Of a stretch of 42,268 nucleotides of DNA, positions 19,101-27,517 are shown one piece after another (the first letter of the stretch is position 1; each line of letters starts with the position of its first letter). The DNA is from an uncultured archaeon (GTDB taxonomy: Archaea; Aenigmatarchaeota; Aenigmatarchaeia; CG10238-14), in contig CAYMPD010000008.1 in assembly GCA_964392445.1 (NCBI GenBank), forward strand, positions 1 through 42,268, given 5' to 3'. The translations under genes and the position numbers were made by a program. The notes beneath the pieces were generated by a model. The model was not told the DNA's origin. It was given only the letters and a program-made list of their open reading frames with translations, and did no database searches.

Positions 19101-19949
19101 CCAAATGTTAAATGGGAAGATATTGGTGGTTTAAAACAAGTCAAACAAGAACTAAAAGAAACAATTGAATGGCCATTAACATCACCAGAGAGTTTTGAAG
19201 GTATGGGAATAACTCCACCAAAGGGAGTTCTATTGTACGGTCCACCAGGTTGCGGGAAAACCTTGTTAGCAAAAGCGGTTACAAATGAATCCAATGCTAA
19301 TTTTATTTCTGTTCGCGGTCCAGAGCTTTTCAGTAAATGGGTGGGCGAAAGCGAGAAAAAGGTTAGAGAATTGTTCAGAAGAGCTAAGCAAGTAAGTCCA
19401 TCAATAATTTTCTTTGACGAGATAGATGCATTAGTTCCAAAAAGAGGAACAAGTGTTGGGGAGAATGTTAGTGAGAAGGTTGTATCACAAATGTTAACTG
19501 AGCTTTCGGGTTTGGAGGATTTACATGACGTAGTTGTTATTGCAGCAACCAACAGACCAGATATGCTTGATACAGCACTGCTCAGACCTGGGAGGTTTGA
19601 TAGAAAAATACTAGTTCCACAGCCAGACGAGGAAGCTAGGCTGAAAATATTGGAGATAAATACCAAACAAGTTCCATTGAAAGGAGTTGATCTAAAAAAA
19701 CTCGCGGAAGAGACAGAAAACTTCTCGGGAGCGGACTTGGAATTGTTAATCAGGGAAGCGGCAATGCGTGCACTTAGAAAGGACAAAAAATCCAAGAAGG
19801 TTACATCGAAAGATTTTGAACATGCTTTAGAAGAAATAAAACCAAGTTTAAATAAGGATGTAATTAAATTTTACAGCCAATTCGACGAGAGATCACGAAG
19901 AAAAATAACCAGTTCTGAGAACACAGAAGAACTTAAATATGTGGGATAA
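16173..19949 (+). CDS. cdc48: CDC48/VAT (p97) AAA+ ATPase precursor with intein (766 aa after splicing)
   Basis: N domain, two Walker A motifs ([16 protein letters not shown]), Walker B (IFIDELD, IFFDEID) and SRH 'RPGRFDR'. Confidence 0.97.
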   Translation: MTKKKDDNKVTLKVGELTQRGEFGRGIVRLDSNTMQKIGIKEGSVIEIEGPKKTAAIAIRAYPSDAGLKIIRMDGLVRRNAGAGVGENVKVRRAEVKEAKEVTLAPAQKGVVIQISPSIVKQNIYYRPVSKGDILIPSPVVKRKRDDFGQGDMFRDFFGFSIEDFFYMPTGETRFIVTDTDPGGIVRITDMTKLKILSRLPKDYDLEKRTVPAVTYEDVGGIHHAIQKVREMIELPLRHPELFERLGIEAPKGVLLYGPPGTGKTLLARAVANESGANFHSIAGPEVMCVSGDTPVLLNDKGVSEIENIFDVPGEKFKIDEYEAIRPKNKIKVYSMDKNFKLVPDEIEYVMKVPVKKVFKLNLRNGSEFTTSKNQPFATLDSEGNIKWKTAEELKAGDFIAASKSISSHGNSQDLNWSKKMDPEYTYVENKENFVKLKDYKGSLGNVRIGFAKNKSNISKIKSIKVPNKTNPYLLEFLGLMFSEGSINNSEVSVSNIDKELRERIKYLFNKVFDIPNGRIKEDKIKIKVYSYVLSQFLKKVCGLTEGKKPKDLHLPSWIFKCSNEEIAAFLKMYFEGDGATSFGEKDYPTFRYYSSSKTLLTDLQYLLLKFGIVTKLTPWKTPLGNLFALVIKGPKSRELFFRKIKPNKNRDKMAKYYNNRLEDYSLFLPVSPLLKKIKEFSGIKYGRDIPENSVEPYLSGRKIPTIRQTKKILKLLKEKVKSRESKELIKKVENLLNSDLYWTKIKKIEELEKETTLYDVTVKNNSNFLGGNSPTILHNSMWYGKSEENLRKIFQKAEKNAPSIIFIDELDSIAPKREETRGEVERRVVSQLLTLMDGLKQRGKVIVIAATNRENAIDPALRRPGRFDREIEIGVPDKKGRKEILQIHTRHMPLTDVNIDKLAEVTYGYVGADLEALGKEAAMHALRRLLPDIKWKEKGELPEEMLEKLTVTQKDFEHALKMVEPSAMREVLIEVPNVKWEDIGGLKQVKQELKETIEWPLTSPESFEGMGITPPKGVLLYGPPGCGKTLLAKAVTNESNANFISVRGPELFSKWVGESEKKVRELFRRAKQVSPSIIFFDEIDALVPKRGTSVGENVSEKVVSQMLTELSGLEDLHDVVVIAATNRPDMLDTALLRPGRFDRKILVPQPDEEARLKILEINTKQVPLKGVDLKKLAEETENFSGADLELLIREAAMRALRKDKKSKKVTSKDFEHALEEIKPSLNKDVIKFYSQFDERSRRKITSSENTEELKYVG
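17037..18512 (+). mobile_element. 492-aa intein with LAGLIDADG homing endonuclease
   Basis: Starts CVSGDT after ...GPEVM and ends ...TILHN before the +1 Ser. LAGLIDADG-like blocks '[10 protein letters not shown]' and '[10 protein letters not shown]'. Confidence 0.95.
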
Positions 19950-20028
19950 AATAAATTAGAATAGAATGGAGGTTAACTAAACTAGACATTTTTTACTCAT
20001 TCTAAATGAGTTTACGGAGGTTAATTAA

Positions 20029-20346
20029 ATGGAAAAATTTGGAGAAGGTAATTTTAGAAAAAGACGATTTTGGAATAGAGACTTTCCAAAACCTGTTGAT
20101 GAAGGAGACGAATACGATGTGGAAATAAGTGAAATAGGTACAAAAGGAGATGGTATAGCTAGGGTTGAAAACTTTGTTATATTTGTTCCTGGTACTGAAA
20201 AAGGTGAGAAATGTAAAATCAAGATAAAAATGGTTAAATCTAGATTTGCTATTGCTGAAAAAGTCGGTGGTAGTGAGAAGAAAGAAGTTAAAAAAGAAGA
20301 GGAAGAAGAAGATTTTTTGGAGGTTGAGCCTAGTGACAAAGATTAA
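20029..20346 (+). CDS. Single TRAM-domain RNA-binding protein with acidic tail
   Basis: 'EYDVEISEIGTKGDGIARVENFVIFVPG..KGEK.KIKI..V.SRFAIA'; SD GGAGG upstream. Confidence 0.9.
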   Translation: MEKFGEGNFRKRRFWNRDFPKPVDEGDEYDVEISEIGTKGDGIARVENFVIFVPGTEKGEKCKIKIKMVKSRFAIAEKVGGSEKKEVKKEEEEEDFLEVEPSDKD

Positions 20347-20623
20347 TGAACTAAAACTAGGAATGAGTGATATCTCACTAACAGCTACAGTTGAAAAAGT
20401 ACCAGAACCTCGAACTGTTAAAACAAGGATGGGTTACACAACTCAGGTATCTAACGCAGTTATCAAGGACGACAGTGGTAGTATTACAATGCCCCTTTGG
20501 GGAAAGAAGGTTGAAGAAGTTGGTGAAGGAGATAAGGTAGAGATAAAAGGAGGTTATGTTGCTGAGTTTAGAGGAGAATTACAACTTAACGTTCCTAGAA
20601 AAGGAGAAATAAACAAGGTATAA
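20333..20623 (+). CDS. Single OB-fold ssDNA-binding protein (SSB/RPA-like)
   Basis: GTG start at 20333 with GGAGG upstream; 'KINELK.G', 'IKDDSGSI...LW', 'FRGELQLNV'. Confidence 0.85.
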   Translation: MTKINELKLGMSDISLTATVEKVPEPRTVKTRMGYTTQVSNAVIKDDSGSITMPLWGKKVEEVGEGDKVEIKGGYVAEFRGELQLNVPRKGEINKV

Positions 20624-20654
20624 TTAATTTGTTTTTATTTTCCTTATTATTTTT

Positions 20655-20951
20655 ATGAATAAGTACTGTGCTTATTGTGGGAAGAAATTAAATGAGTTGC
20701 CTTACAAATGTAGGTACTGTGGAGAATATTTCTGTGTGGATCATCAATTACCTGAAAACCATGCTTGTCAGGGGTTAGAAGACTGGAAAGAGGGGAAGTT
20801 AAAGAAGTTCAAAAAAAAGGTTGCTAGACCTATAGAAAAGTCTGGAAAATTTGAATTGTTAGAAATTCCAAAAAGAAATAAATGGGTTGAGTTCTTGTTG
20901 ATTATAGGTGGGGTCGTTTTGTTGATAGTTATTCTTAGAATGTTGGTTTAG
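20655..20951 (+). CDS. AN1-type zinc finger protein with C-terminal TM anchor
   Basis: 'C..C...LPYKCRYCGEYFC..H..PENHAC' followed by a hydrophobic tail. Confidence 0.85.
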   Translation: MNKYCAYCGKKLNELPYKCRYCGEYFCVDHQLPENHACQGLEDWKEGKLKKFKKKVARPIEKSGKFELLEIPKRNKWVEFLLIIGGVVLLIVILRMLV

Positions 20952-21292
20952 ACTCTTTCGGGTTGCTTAGATTTTTTGGGTAATCTACATCCATTTTCTA
21001 AATATACTTCTGCACTCAATACTCTATAACTACCAGTATCTTCATCAAAAACGCATATTTTCCCTACTCTAACTCTATCTAAGAAACCAGGATTTATACG
21101 CTTCCTTCTAAGATATTTATCTATAGTACCCATATTTACTGGGGTAGAAAGTCTCACGATATCATCGGTATCCCTTTCATAGGATTTCATCGCCCTAATA
21201 GCACTTTTTAATCTATAAGAATCTATCTGAAACCATCCTGTTGTACCCCTATAGTAAATTAGTGGTGTTAGATAATAATCTGGTGCAGGCAT
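20948..21292 (-). CDS. Hypothetical protein
   Basis: 114-aa ORF filling the space between genes; no recognisable motif. Confidence 0.55.
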   Translation of the reverse strand: MPAPDYYLTPLIYYRGTTGWFQIDSYRLKSAIRAMKSYERDTDDIVRLSTPVNMGTIDKYLRRKRINPGFLDRVRVGKICVFDEDTGSYRVLSAEVYLENGCRLPKKSKQPERV

Positions 21293-21345
21293 GTAATTAA
21301 GATAGAACTAAGATTCTTATACTTTACTAAAAAGGTAGTTAAACA

Positions 21346-21612
21346 CTACTTCTTCAAACTCTTCACAATTATAGTTCTCCCACACCCAGAACACTTAAAC
21401 CTTGGTCTCTTGTATTTATCCTTTCCCTTCTTCTTTTCCATTTCTATTTCTTTAATCTCATAAAATCCACAATAAGGACATTCATATTCGGCCTTAGCAG
21501 GTTTATCTTTTACTTTACCAACAACCATTTCAGGTCTTCTAGTCATAAATTCAAAATCTTTTGATGGTTTAAGTCCTTTAGACATCCATTCTTTGACCAA
21601 TTTACTTTCCAT
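21346..21612 (-). CDS. Zinc-ribbon protein
   Basis: 'YECPYCG...FKCSGCG'; co-oriented directly after rpl40e. Confidence 0.75.
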   Translation of the reverse strand: MESKLVKEWMSKGLKPSKDFEFMTRRPEMVVGKVKDKPAKAEYECPYCGFYEIKEIEMEKKKGKDKYKRPRFKCSGCGRTIIVKSLKK

Positions 21613-21615
21613 TAA

Positions 21616-21792
21616 CTACACCTTCTTTTCTTTTTTCTTAGGTCTTAGATCCTTAGAACCACACTTTCTACATTTAACCTTCCTTTCTCTAACCTTAGTA
21701 TAATCAGTTCTTATTTTACTCTTGCATTTCTTACAGACAAAGACCCTTTCAAATAGTCTTTTTGCTGCTTCTGGGGCTAATTTTTTAACCAT
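21616..21792 (-). CDS. rpl40e: 50S ribosomal protein eL40
   Basis: 'PEA..RLF...VC..C.....KCRKCGSKDLRPKKKE'. Confidence 0.85.
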   Translation of the reverse strand: MVKKLAPEAAKRLFERVFVCKKCKSKIRTDYTKVRERKVKCRKCGSKDLRPKKKEKKV

Positions 21793-21850
21793 TATCAATA
21801 CCTCACGATTAATTAGATGTGTTAAGTTAAAAATATAAGTCTTTGGTTAT

Positions 21851-22156
21851 TTATCCCACTACTTCCTCTGCTAGTTTTAACTCGATCTCCCTCTTTCTCT
21901 CACTTAACCTGTTGCCGCTTATCCACTTCAAAAAGATCATAAGAGAAATAAGTATAACCCAAACAAATGTCCAAAAACCACCTAGGTAAGTCTCAAACCC
22001 GAGCAGAGAAAACCCAGATACCATCCTTAAAAGCACGAAAATTATTATTCCCATCAAAATGGCTATTCCAACACCTATACCATAAGACATGTTGATCTCC
22101 TTCAACTGTCTTTCCAAAATCCTTTTCTGCTTCTTGGTTATTGTTATTATTACCAC
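21851..22156 (-). CDS. Small two-TM membrane protein
   Basis: Two hydrophobic helices; no family recognised. Confidence 0.6.
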   Translation of the reverse strand: MVIITITKKQKRILERQLKEINMSYGIGVGIAILMGIIIFVLLRMVSGFSLLGFETYLGGFWTFVWVILISLMIFLKWISGNRLSERKREIELKLAEEVVG

Positions 22157-22327
22157 CTAGATTATAGTTCATTTTTTGTCTTTTTATAATTTTTTTAGTG
22201 TTCAGAAAATGTGGAAAAATTAGATTTAAGGTATCTTAAAATGGTTATATTTTCGAGATAATGATAACTATAAATACTAGTTGTCCCTTAATCATTTTAT
22301 AACAAAAAAAGGAAAATACAATGAAAA

Positions 22328-22414
22328 TACCCTGCGTTCTCATGAATTTCGAAAAAAGTTACACTTGATTTCAGAGGTTATCAAGCCTTCGTAGGGTAGG
22401 GCAGTCAAAAACTG
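22328..22414 (+). ncRNA. Candidate structured leader RNA
   Basis: 9-bp stem 22328-22336/22390-22398 (one G-U), 6-bp stem 22364-22369/22380-22385, 4-bp stem 22402-22405/22411-22414. Confidence 0.3.
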
Positions 22415-22428
22415 AGGGGTAGGTGAAA

Positions 22429-22464
22429 ATGGGAAAGAAAAAGAAATCAAAGAAGAAAAAGTAA
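22429..22464 (+). CDS. Lys-rich micropeptide MGKKKKSKKKK (11 aa)
   Basis: AGGTGA SD at 22421-22426, ATG, TAA, then a T-rich tract. Confidence 0.5.
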   Translation: MGKKKKSKKKK

Positions 22465-22478
22465 TTAAGGCTTAAGGT

Positions 22479-22504
22479 ATTTTTTGCCCCTTTTTCTTAT
22501 TTTT
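22479..22504 (+). terminator. T-rich archaeal-type terminator
   Basis: Oligo-T runs directly after the 22429..22464 ORF. Confidence 0.45.
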
Positions 22505-22575
22505 AGGGGGTCATTTGAAAGAATAAATAATTGCGTAACATATAAAACAAAACCAATAAAAACAGGTGATAAAAA

Positions 22576-22650
22576 ATGGCCTGGGATGAATGGGACGACG
22601 ACGAATATGGAGATGAAGAAGACTTAGAAGGAGAAGATGAAGATTGGTAG
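22576..22650 (+). CDS. Acidic micropeptide MAWDEWDDDEYGDEEDLEGEDEDW (24 aa)
   Basis: AGGTGAT SD at 22564-22570; strongly biased composition (15/24 D/E); T-rich tract downstream. Confidence 0.65.
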   Translation: MAWDEWDDDEYGDEEDLEGEDEDW

Positions 22651-22682
22651 GACAAATTAATTTTTTATTTTTGTTTTTATTT

Positions 22683-23939
22683 TTAATTCATCCAAGAATT
22701 GGGAAATATTCCATATTTTGGAACTAATAAATATTTTGAAGATTTTATTTTTACGGTTTCTCCGTTTTTTTCATATTCCAAATTAACTTCTAACAAACCT
22801 GAACTCTTATCTGGTTTTACGGTGAATTTTATCTCTTTTGTTTCGTCTTTCTCAAGCTCTAAGTAAACATATTCCTTGTCTAATTTCCAACTTTCAGGTA
22901 TTCCTAAGCCTAATTTCACTTCTCCTTTACCACTACCAACATTCTCAACTTTAACAACCACATCAAACTCTTTACCACTTTCGATCTCATTTGGTATAAC
23001 AATTTCACCTATTCGAATATCAGGTTCTTGTTCAGGTCCTTTAAATGATAAGGAACTGGGATCTAAAGGGTTTTTGGAACCAGGGAAAGTAGGCGTAATT
23101 CCATAAATTAACTCCTCGCCAGTTATTGGAGATTTTTTATGGTTTACATACATTGTATCTCCACAAGTAACAGACTCGAGTTTATATTTCTCAAGTACTT
23201 CTAACTTACCTTGACAATAAGCTTCAGATGATGTTTCTTCTAAAGTGTTTTCAAGTGATTCTACTCTTAATTTCAAGTCTTGTATCTCAAGGAAAAGGTA
23301 ATATGTATCCTGATCACTTGCAAAGTAACTATCCAGATATTTACCCACTTCTTGTTCGTTTTTCATTGGGTTTGTAATATCTCCTTTCAACCATCCAATA
23401 GCATCCCTGATAAGGTCAGCAACACTGTCCAAAGAAGCACCTGTTCTGTCTTCTCTCCATTTTTGTTCGTTATCAGAAACATAATTTCCCATCGACTTTA
23501 ACTTTTCTTCCTGACAAATCGTCCAAATCATATTAACATGAGCCTCATCATCATAACCTATCCATTTCATTTCTTCCTTGAATCCTGCCGGAGGAATTGC
23601 ACTTAAAGTATCAAAATATTCCTGTAAAGATGGATCTGAACATATTGAACTTATCGGATAATCTGTGCCTTCCTCAGCGCCCTCAAGCCAGTCGTCTGGA
23701 GAATTGGGGGAAGCACCATAAACATCCGTATTTAGAACCCCAATGTTTTGATTAATGTTATCTAATTCTTGGTTAATATCAGTCCCGTCTATGGTTACGT
23801 TAACACTTTCTGCGTCTATATTTGAGTCGTAATTGACATGACCATCAGTTTGGATATTCATTGACACGTTAGCATCTGCAAAGATAGGATTGAATAAAAA
23901 AAGAGTTATTGTTAAAAGGACTGTTAGTTTTTTTTGCAT
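22683..23939 (-). CDS. Secreted protein with coiled-coil segments and a C-terminal CARDB/Ig-like domain
   Basis: Signal peptide 'MQKKLTVLLTITLFLFNPIFA'; 'IESGKEFDVVVKVENVG'. Confidence 0.7.
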   Translation of the reverse strand: MQKKLTVLLTITLFLFNPIFADANVSMNIQTDGHVNYDSNIDAESVNVTIDGTDINQELDNINQNIGVLNTDVYGASPNSPDDWLEGAEEGTDYPISSICSDPSLQEYFDTLSAIPPAGFKEEMKWIGYDDEAHVNMIWTICQEEKLKSMGNYVSDNEQKWREDRTGASLDSVADLIRDAIGWLKGDITNPMKNEQEVGKYLDSYFASDQDTYYLFLEIQDLKLRVESLENTLEETSSEAYCQGKLEVLEKYKLESVTCGDTMYVNHKKSPITGEELIYGITPTFPGSKNPLDPSSLSFKGPEQEPDIRIGEIVIPNEIESGKEFDVVVKVENVGSGKGEVKLGLGIPESWKLDKEYVYLELEKDETKEIKFTVKPDKSSGLLEVNLEYEKNGETVKIKSSKYLLVPKYGIFPNSWMN

Positions 23940-24070
23940 TTTTTATACCTATTTCATAGTTTATATGTTAAACTTAAATAGTTTACTATTAAGTAGTAAC
24001 AATTCTATCAATTATAGGGGAAGTATTTTCTATCAAAAAAAATAAAAGAAAAAAGAAAAAATATCTTTTT

Positions 24071-24781
24071 TTAACTCCAATGGAATTCTCCATTAAATGT
24101 TCCAGTGTTATAAAAACTTTGAGTCCATGTTCCTACTCCTTGACCATTCACTAGTACATTTCCACCAATGTTTCCTCCTGAGCTTAATATTGTAGTACTA
24201 CCTGCTTTCCATGTTCCTATTCCTGCTTCACCGTAATTGACTCTATCTCCAATTATTGTTCCTGAGTAAGAAGATTCGTAAGTTCCATCTTCATCTTGAT
24301 CCCAAAATGCACTAATCCCTATTGAGTATTGTCCTGTGTTAGATTCTGCTCCCACGACTGGCGAATCAGTCCCTGACCATCCGTGTCCACTATAACCGTG
24401 AGTGTATAAAGAGTTTCCTCTTCTCCAATTATCACCGCTTACATCTATGAATCCTGTTCCATCAGCACTAAATGTATTTGCATAGATATTGCTTTCTCCA
24501 CCTGCTCCCGCTGTTAAATCATTCCATTGTTCAAAATGATATTCTCCTCCACCTGTATAACTTGCTTCTGACCAACCTTCTACTCTGTCATAACTGTTGT
24601 CCCAACCATGAAATTCACCTGAACCACTATTGTGACCTCCTGAAACCTTTGTATAAGAGTAAGTATTTGAAATCTTAGTTTCAATCCAACCTACTGAGCC
24701 ACTCCACGTAGTATCAACTGTAGTTGCCATTACTGGTACTAAAGTCAAAAGTCCTACTAAAATTGTTAACAATTTTTTCAT
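24071..24781 (-). CDS. Secreted Gly/Ser/Thr-rich beta-strand protein
   Basis: Signal peptide 'MKKLLTILVGLLTLVPVMA'; GGTGA SD. Confidence 0.75.
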   Translation of the reverse strand: MKKLLTILVGLLTLVPVMATTVDTTWSGSVGWIETKISNTYSYTKVSGGHNSGSGEFHGWDNSYDRVEGWSEASYTGGGEYHFEQWNDLTAGAGGESNIYANTFSADGTGFIDVSGDNWRRGNSLYTHGYSGHGWSGTDSPVVGAESNTGQYSIGISAFWDQDEDGTYESSYSGTIIGDRVNYGEAGIGTWKAGSTTILSSGGNIGGNVLVNGQGVGTWTQSFYNTGTFNGEFHWS

Positions 24782-24802
24782 TTTTTCACCAATTATTTTT
24801 TT

Positions 24803-24870
24803 GGGTACTTACCCTCTCGGTCAAGGCTCGGTAAAACCTGCCTTGTTAAAGCACCCCTCCTCGGTGCTCT
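24803..24870 (-). promoter_or_regulatory. GC-rich structured/palindromic leader of the 24071..24781 gene
   Basis: Inverted repeats at 24850-24868, 24822-24845 and 24803-24814; CTCGGT x3 at 24816, 24827 and 24860. Confidence 0.5.
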
Positions 24871-25012
24871 TACTTTTAATCACTAATAAGTGACTAATAT
24901 CTAGAAGTAATTTTAATGATTAACCTTAAATATTTCACTACTGAATAGAAACAATTGAACGGGAGAAAATTAACTTCTATCTGATAGTAAATTCCGCTTA
25001 AAACAATGATTT

Positions 25013-25627
25013 TTGTTTATATTTCTCCAAATTATCATCATGCATTCAATAAAAGACGAAATCAGGATTCTGGGGTTTGATGATGGCCCATTTGAACCTA
25101 GATCCTATCAGAAAGTTCTAGTTGTAGGTGTGGTTCATAGAGGGGGAGAATTTTTCGACGGGGTGATGAGGACTTATGTTACATGTGACAAATTAGATGC
25201 AACAGAAAAGATTGCTGAGGTTGTAAACAAATCCAAACACAAAGAAGAACTCCAAGTTTTGATGTTTCAAGGCATTACAATCGCTGGATTTAACCTAGTA
25301 GACATAAAAGAACTCCACGAAAAAACAGGCCTACCAGTAATAATAGTCATGAGAAAAAAACCTGATCTGGATAGTTTCAAAGAAGCTTTAAAGAATTTTA
25401 AAGATTTCAAAAAAAGATGGGAAATTATAAAGCACGCAGGGAAAATATATAAAGTAGAAATAAAAAAGAATAAAAGCGTCTACTGTCAATTCATTGGTCT
25501 GGAAAAGGAAGAAGCTGAAGAGATTATTAAATTGTCCTCAACGAGGAGTTTAATTCCAGAACCTCTAAGGGTTGCACATCTTATAGCTTCTGCGATGGTG
25601 GATGGTGAAAGTAGGGGGAGAGCATGA
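25013..25627 (+). CDS. DUF99/UPF0215 endonuclease V-like protein
   Basis: 'ILGFDDGPF', 'D..DATE', 'GITIAGFNLVD', 'IPEPLRVAHLIA'. Confidence 0.9.
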   Translation: MFIFLQIIIMHSIKDEIRILGFDDGPFEPRSYQKVLVVGVVHRGGEFFDGVMRTYVTCDKLDATEKIAEVVNKSKHKEELQVLMFQGITIAGFNLVDIKELHEKTGLPVIIVMRKKPDLDSFKEALKNFKDFKKRWEIIKHAGKIYKVEIKKNKSVYCQFIGLEKEEAEEIIKLSSTRSLIPEPLRVAHLIASAMVDGESRGRA

Positions 25628-26208
25628 AAGAAGAGGATTTCGAAGATAAGAAGACTAATTTTAAGAAAGAACTATGGGAAAATATCAAGTACATAGGCTT
25701 AGGTATAATCTTCGCACTAATACTCAACAAAGGAATGGGATTTCTTCTTAACACTGATCTACCTATAGTAGCAGTTATGACAAGTTCAATGGTTCATGAT
25801 GCAACTACACCCTACCGTCATTACCAGTTCTTACAAGAGAACTTTGACTATACTGAAGAAGAGATAGATTCTTGGCCAATTAATGGTGGTTTTAGACCGG
25901 GAGATGTACTGATAATCAAAGGTGTTCCCGAGAATCAATTAAAGGTCGGAGATGTGATTGTGTTTAAACATAGAACTCAGTCCGTGCCAATCATTCACAG
26001 GATTGTTGAGATAGAAGACGGTTATCCTTACACAAAGGGGGATCATAACCCGATCATGGACCCAGACTGTAAATTGTTTGAGGAAGATGTTCAGGACTGT
26101 TGGGAAAGAACAGGAATTAAAGGTAAAGCCGTTGTTTGGATTCCATTCTTAGGTATACCAAAACTAATTTTGCATAATGTTATAATGTTTTCAAGGGGTT
26201 TGATATGA
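25624..26208 (+). CDS. sec11: Signal peptidase I, archaeal/Sec11-like
   Basis: TM helix, 'VMTSSM' (catalytic Ser), 'GDVIVF', 'IIHRIV', 'TKGDHN'. Confidence 0.85.
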   Translation: MKEEDFEDKKTNFKKELWENIKYIGLGIIFALILNKGMGFLLNTDLPIVAVMTSSMVHDATTPYRHYQFLQENFDYTEEEIDSWPINGGFRPGDVLIIKGVPENQLKVGDVIVFKHRTQSVPIIHRIVEIEDGYPYTKGDHNPIMDPDCKLFEEDVQDCWERTGIKGKAVVWIPFLGIPKLILHNVIMFSRGLI

Positions 26209-26537
26209 AATTTTGTGAGAAATGCGGGACTTTGTTGATAGCGACGAGAAGAGACGGTAAAAAGGGTTGGTACTGTAAAAAATGTGATGAATTCTTCCCC
26301 GACAAAAATGCTGAAAGTTCTGCTATATCCGAAAAGATTAAACATGAAGATGAAGAAATCAAAGTTTTCAAAGAGGATGTTGAGTACAAGAAATATCCTA
26401 TAGCAAATGATGTTGAATGTCCTGAATGCGGGCATAATAAGGCTTATTGGGTTTTACAACAAACAAGAGGGGGAGATGAACCTCAGACTAAATTCTTGTG
26501 TTGCGTGAAATGTAAGTATAAATGGCGAGAGTATTAA
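26205..26537 (+). CDS. tfs: Transcription factor S
   Basis: Two Zn ribbons; 'QTRGGDEPQT' carries the catalytic DE pair. Confidence 0.95.
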   Translation: MKFCEKCGTLLIATRRDGKKGWYCKKCDEFFPDKNAESSAISEKIKHEDEEIKVFKEDVEYKKYPIANDVECPECGHNKAYWVLQQTRGGDEPQTKFLCCVKCKYKWREY

Positions 26538-26543
26538 CAGCCC

Positions 26544-26750
26544 TTATTTCAACTTAACCCACCAAACATTCCTCCCAGAAACTGATTTTCCCTTTATTTT
26601 TCCTTCTCTTTCAATCTCAAACAAAGCCCTCTGAGCAGTAGCCCAGTTAACATCTAACTTATCTGCAATCCACCCCGTGGTTACAGGGGATTCTTTTTCA
26701 AGTAATTTAAGGATGTCTGGAATGATTTTATCGTATTTTTTAGCCGGCAT
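26544..26750 (-). CDS. Small winged-HTH DNA-binding protein
   Basis: 'TTGWIADKLDVNWATAQRAL..IE..GKI'. Confidence 0.8.
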   Translation of the reverse strand: MPAKKYDKIIPDILKLLEKESPVTTGWIADKLDVNWATAQRALFEIEREGKIKGKSVSGRNVWWVKLK

Positions 26751-26880
26751 TTTAATCGACCCGATTACTTTTATACATTATTGTATGAATATTTATATAA
26801 AAATTAATGCAAATAATCTTGTATCGTAAATGATATAAACATAAATATTCGAATGTTTTGAAATATTGAAGGTGTTTGTT

Positions 26881-27030
26881 TTGAAATGTGGAAAATGTGG
26901 AAAAGAAATAAAAACTGGTGTGGTAAAGAATAAAGAGTATGGATGGGTATGTGTACCTTGCAGTCACGAATTAATAGCTGAAAATTATAAAAAAGATAAG
27001 GGTGGTAAAGATAGCAAAAAAGGAAAATGA
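26881..27030 (+). CDS. Small CxxC-CxxC zinc-finger protein (49 aa, not in ORF track)
   Basis: TTG start after AAGGTG; [30 protein letters not shown]...; stop TGA at 27028-27030. Confidence 0.65.
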   Translation: MKCGKCGKEIKTGVVKNKEYGWVCVPCSHELIAENYKKDKGGKDSKKGK

Positions 27031-27517
27031 TAAAAAGCCTGATAAAGAGGCTAAGAAGCCGGAAGAGAAGAAGAAAAAACCTAAACTCACTAAAAAACAG
27101 AAGAAATTGAAAAGAACTAGAAGATCAATGCTTTCTAAAATGTACATGCGTCACTTGAGAAGAATAGCCAAGGAAAAGGGAATAAAAAGCAAGAGACTCA
27201 AGGTCAAAATGATAGATACCCTGACCGAAGAGTTGGATATGGATGATGTTAGGCATTATTATTCTGAGATATTCGGAACAGATGAGTTTGATGTTTTAAA
27301 ACATGAACTAGTTCCAGCGCACAGGGTTTTGTCACCAAAGGAAAAAGAAGAATTGAAGAAAAGATATAACTTAAGTAGTCTGAAACAATTACCAAAAATA
27401 CGGGTTTCTGATCCCGCTGTGATTGCAGTGGGGGGAGTCCTTGGAGACGTAGTAGAAATAATACGTGAAAGTCCTACTGCTAAGGAGACTAAATACTACA
27501 GACTTGTGGTTAGGTAG
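27002..27517 (+). CDS. rpo5: RNA polymerase subunit Rpo5 (RpoH) with about 95-aa N-terminal extension
   Basis: C-terminal '[10 protein letters not shown]...LPKI..SDP....[13 protein letters not shown]....YYRLVV'. Confidence 0.9.
   Translation: MVKIAKKENDKKPDKEAKKPEEKKKKPKLTKKQKKLKRTRRSMLSKMYMRHLRRIAKEKGIKSKRLKVKMIDTLTEELDMDDVRHYYSEIFGTDEFDVLKHELVPAHRVLSPKEKEELKKRYNLSSLKQLPKIRVSDPAVIAVGGVLGDVVEIIRESPTAKETKYYRLVVR

Noticed and set aside
20246-20332. Apparent Lys-rich N-terminal extension of the SSB
   Set aside because: It is the alternate frame of the TRAM gene's acidic tail; a GTG with SD at 20333 gives a normal OB fold.
22321-22368. 15-codon ORF MKIPCVLMNFEKSYT
   Set aside because: No convincing SD or compositional signal; it overlaps the predicted RNA stem.
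22328-22400. Resemblance to a TPP riboswitch (ATACCC…CGTAGGG)
   Set aside because: Lacks the CUGAGA and ACCUGAU core elements in the required order.
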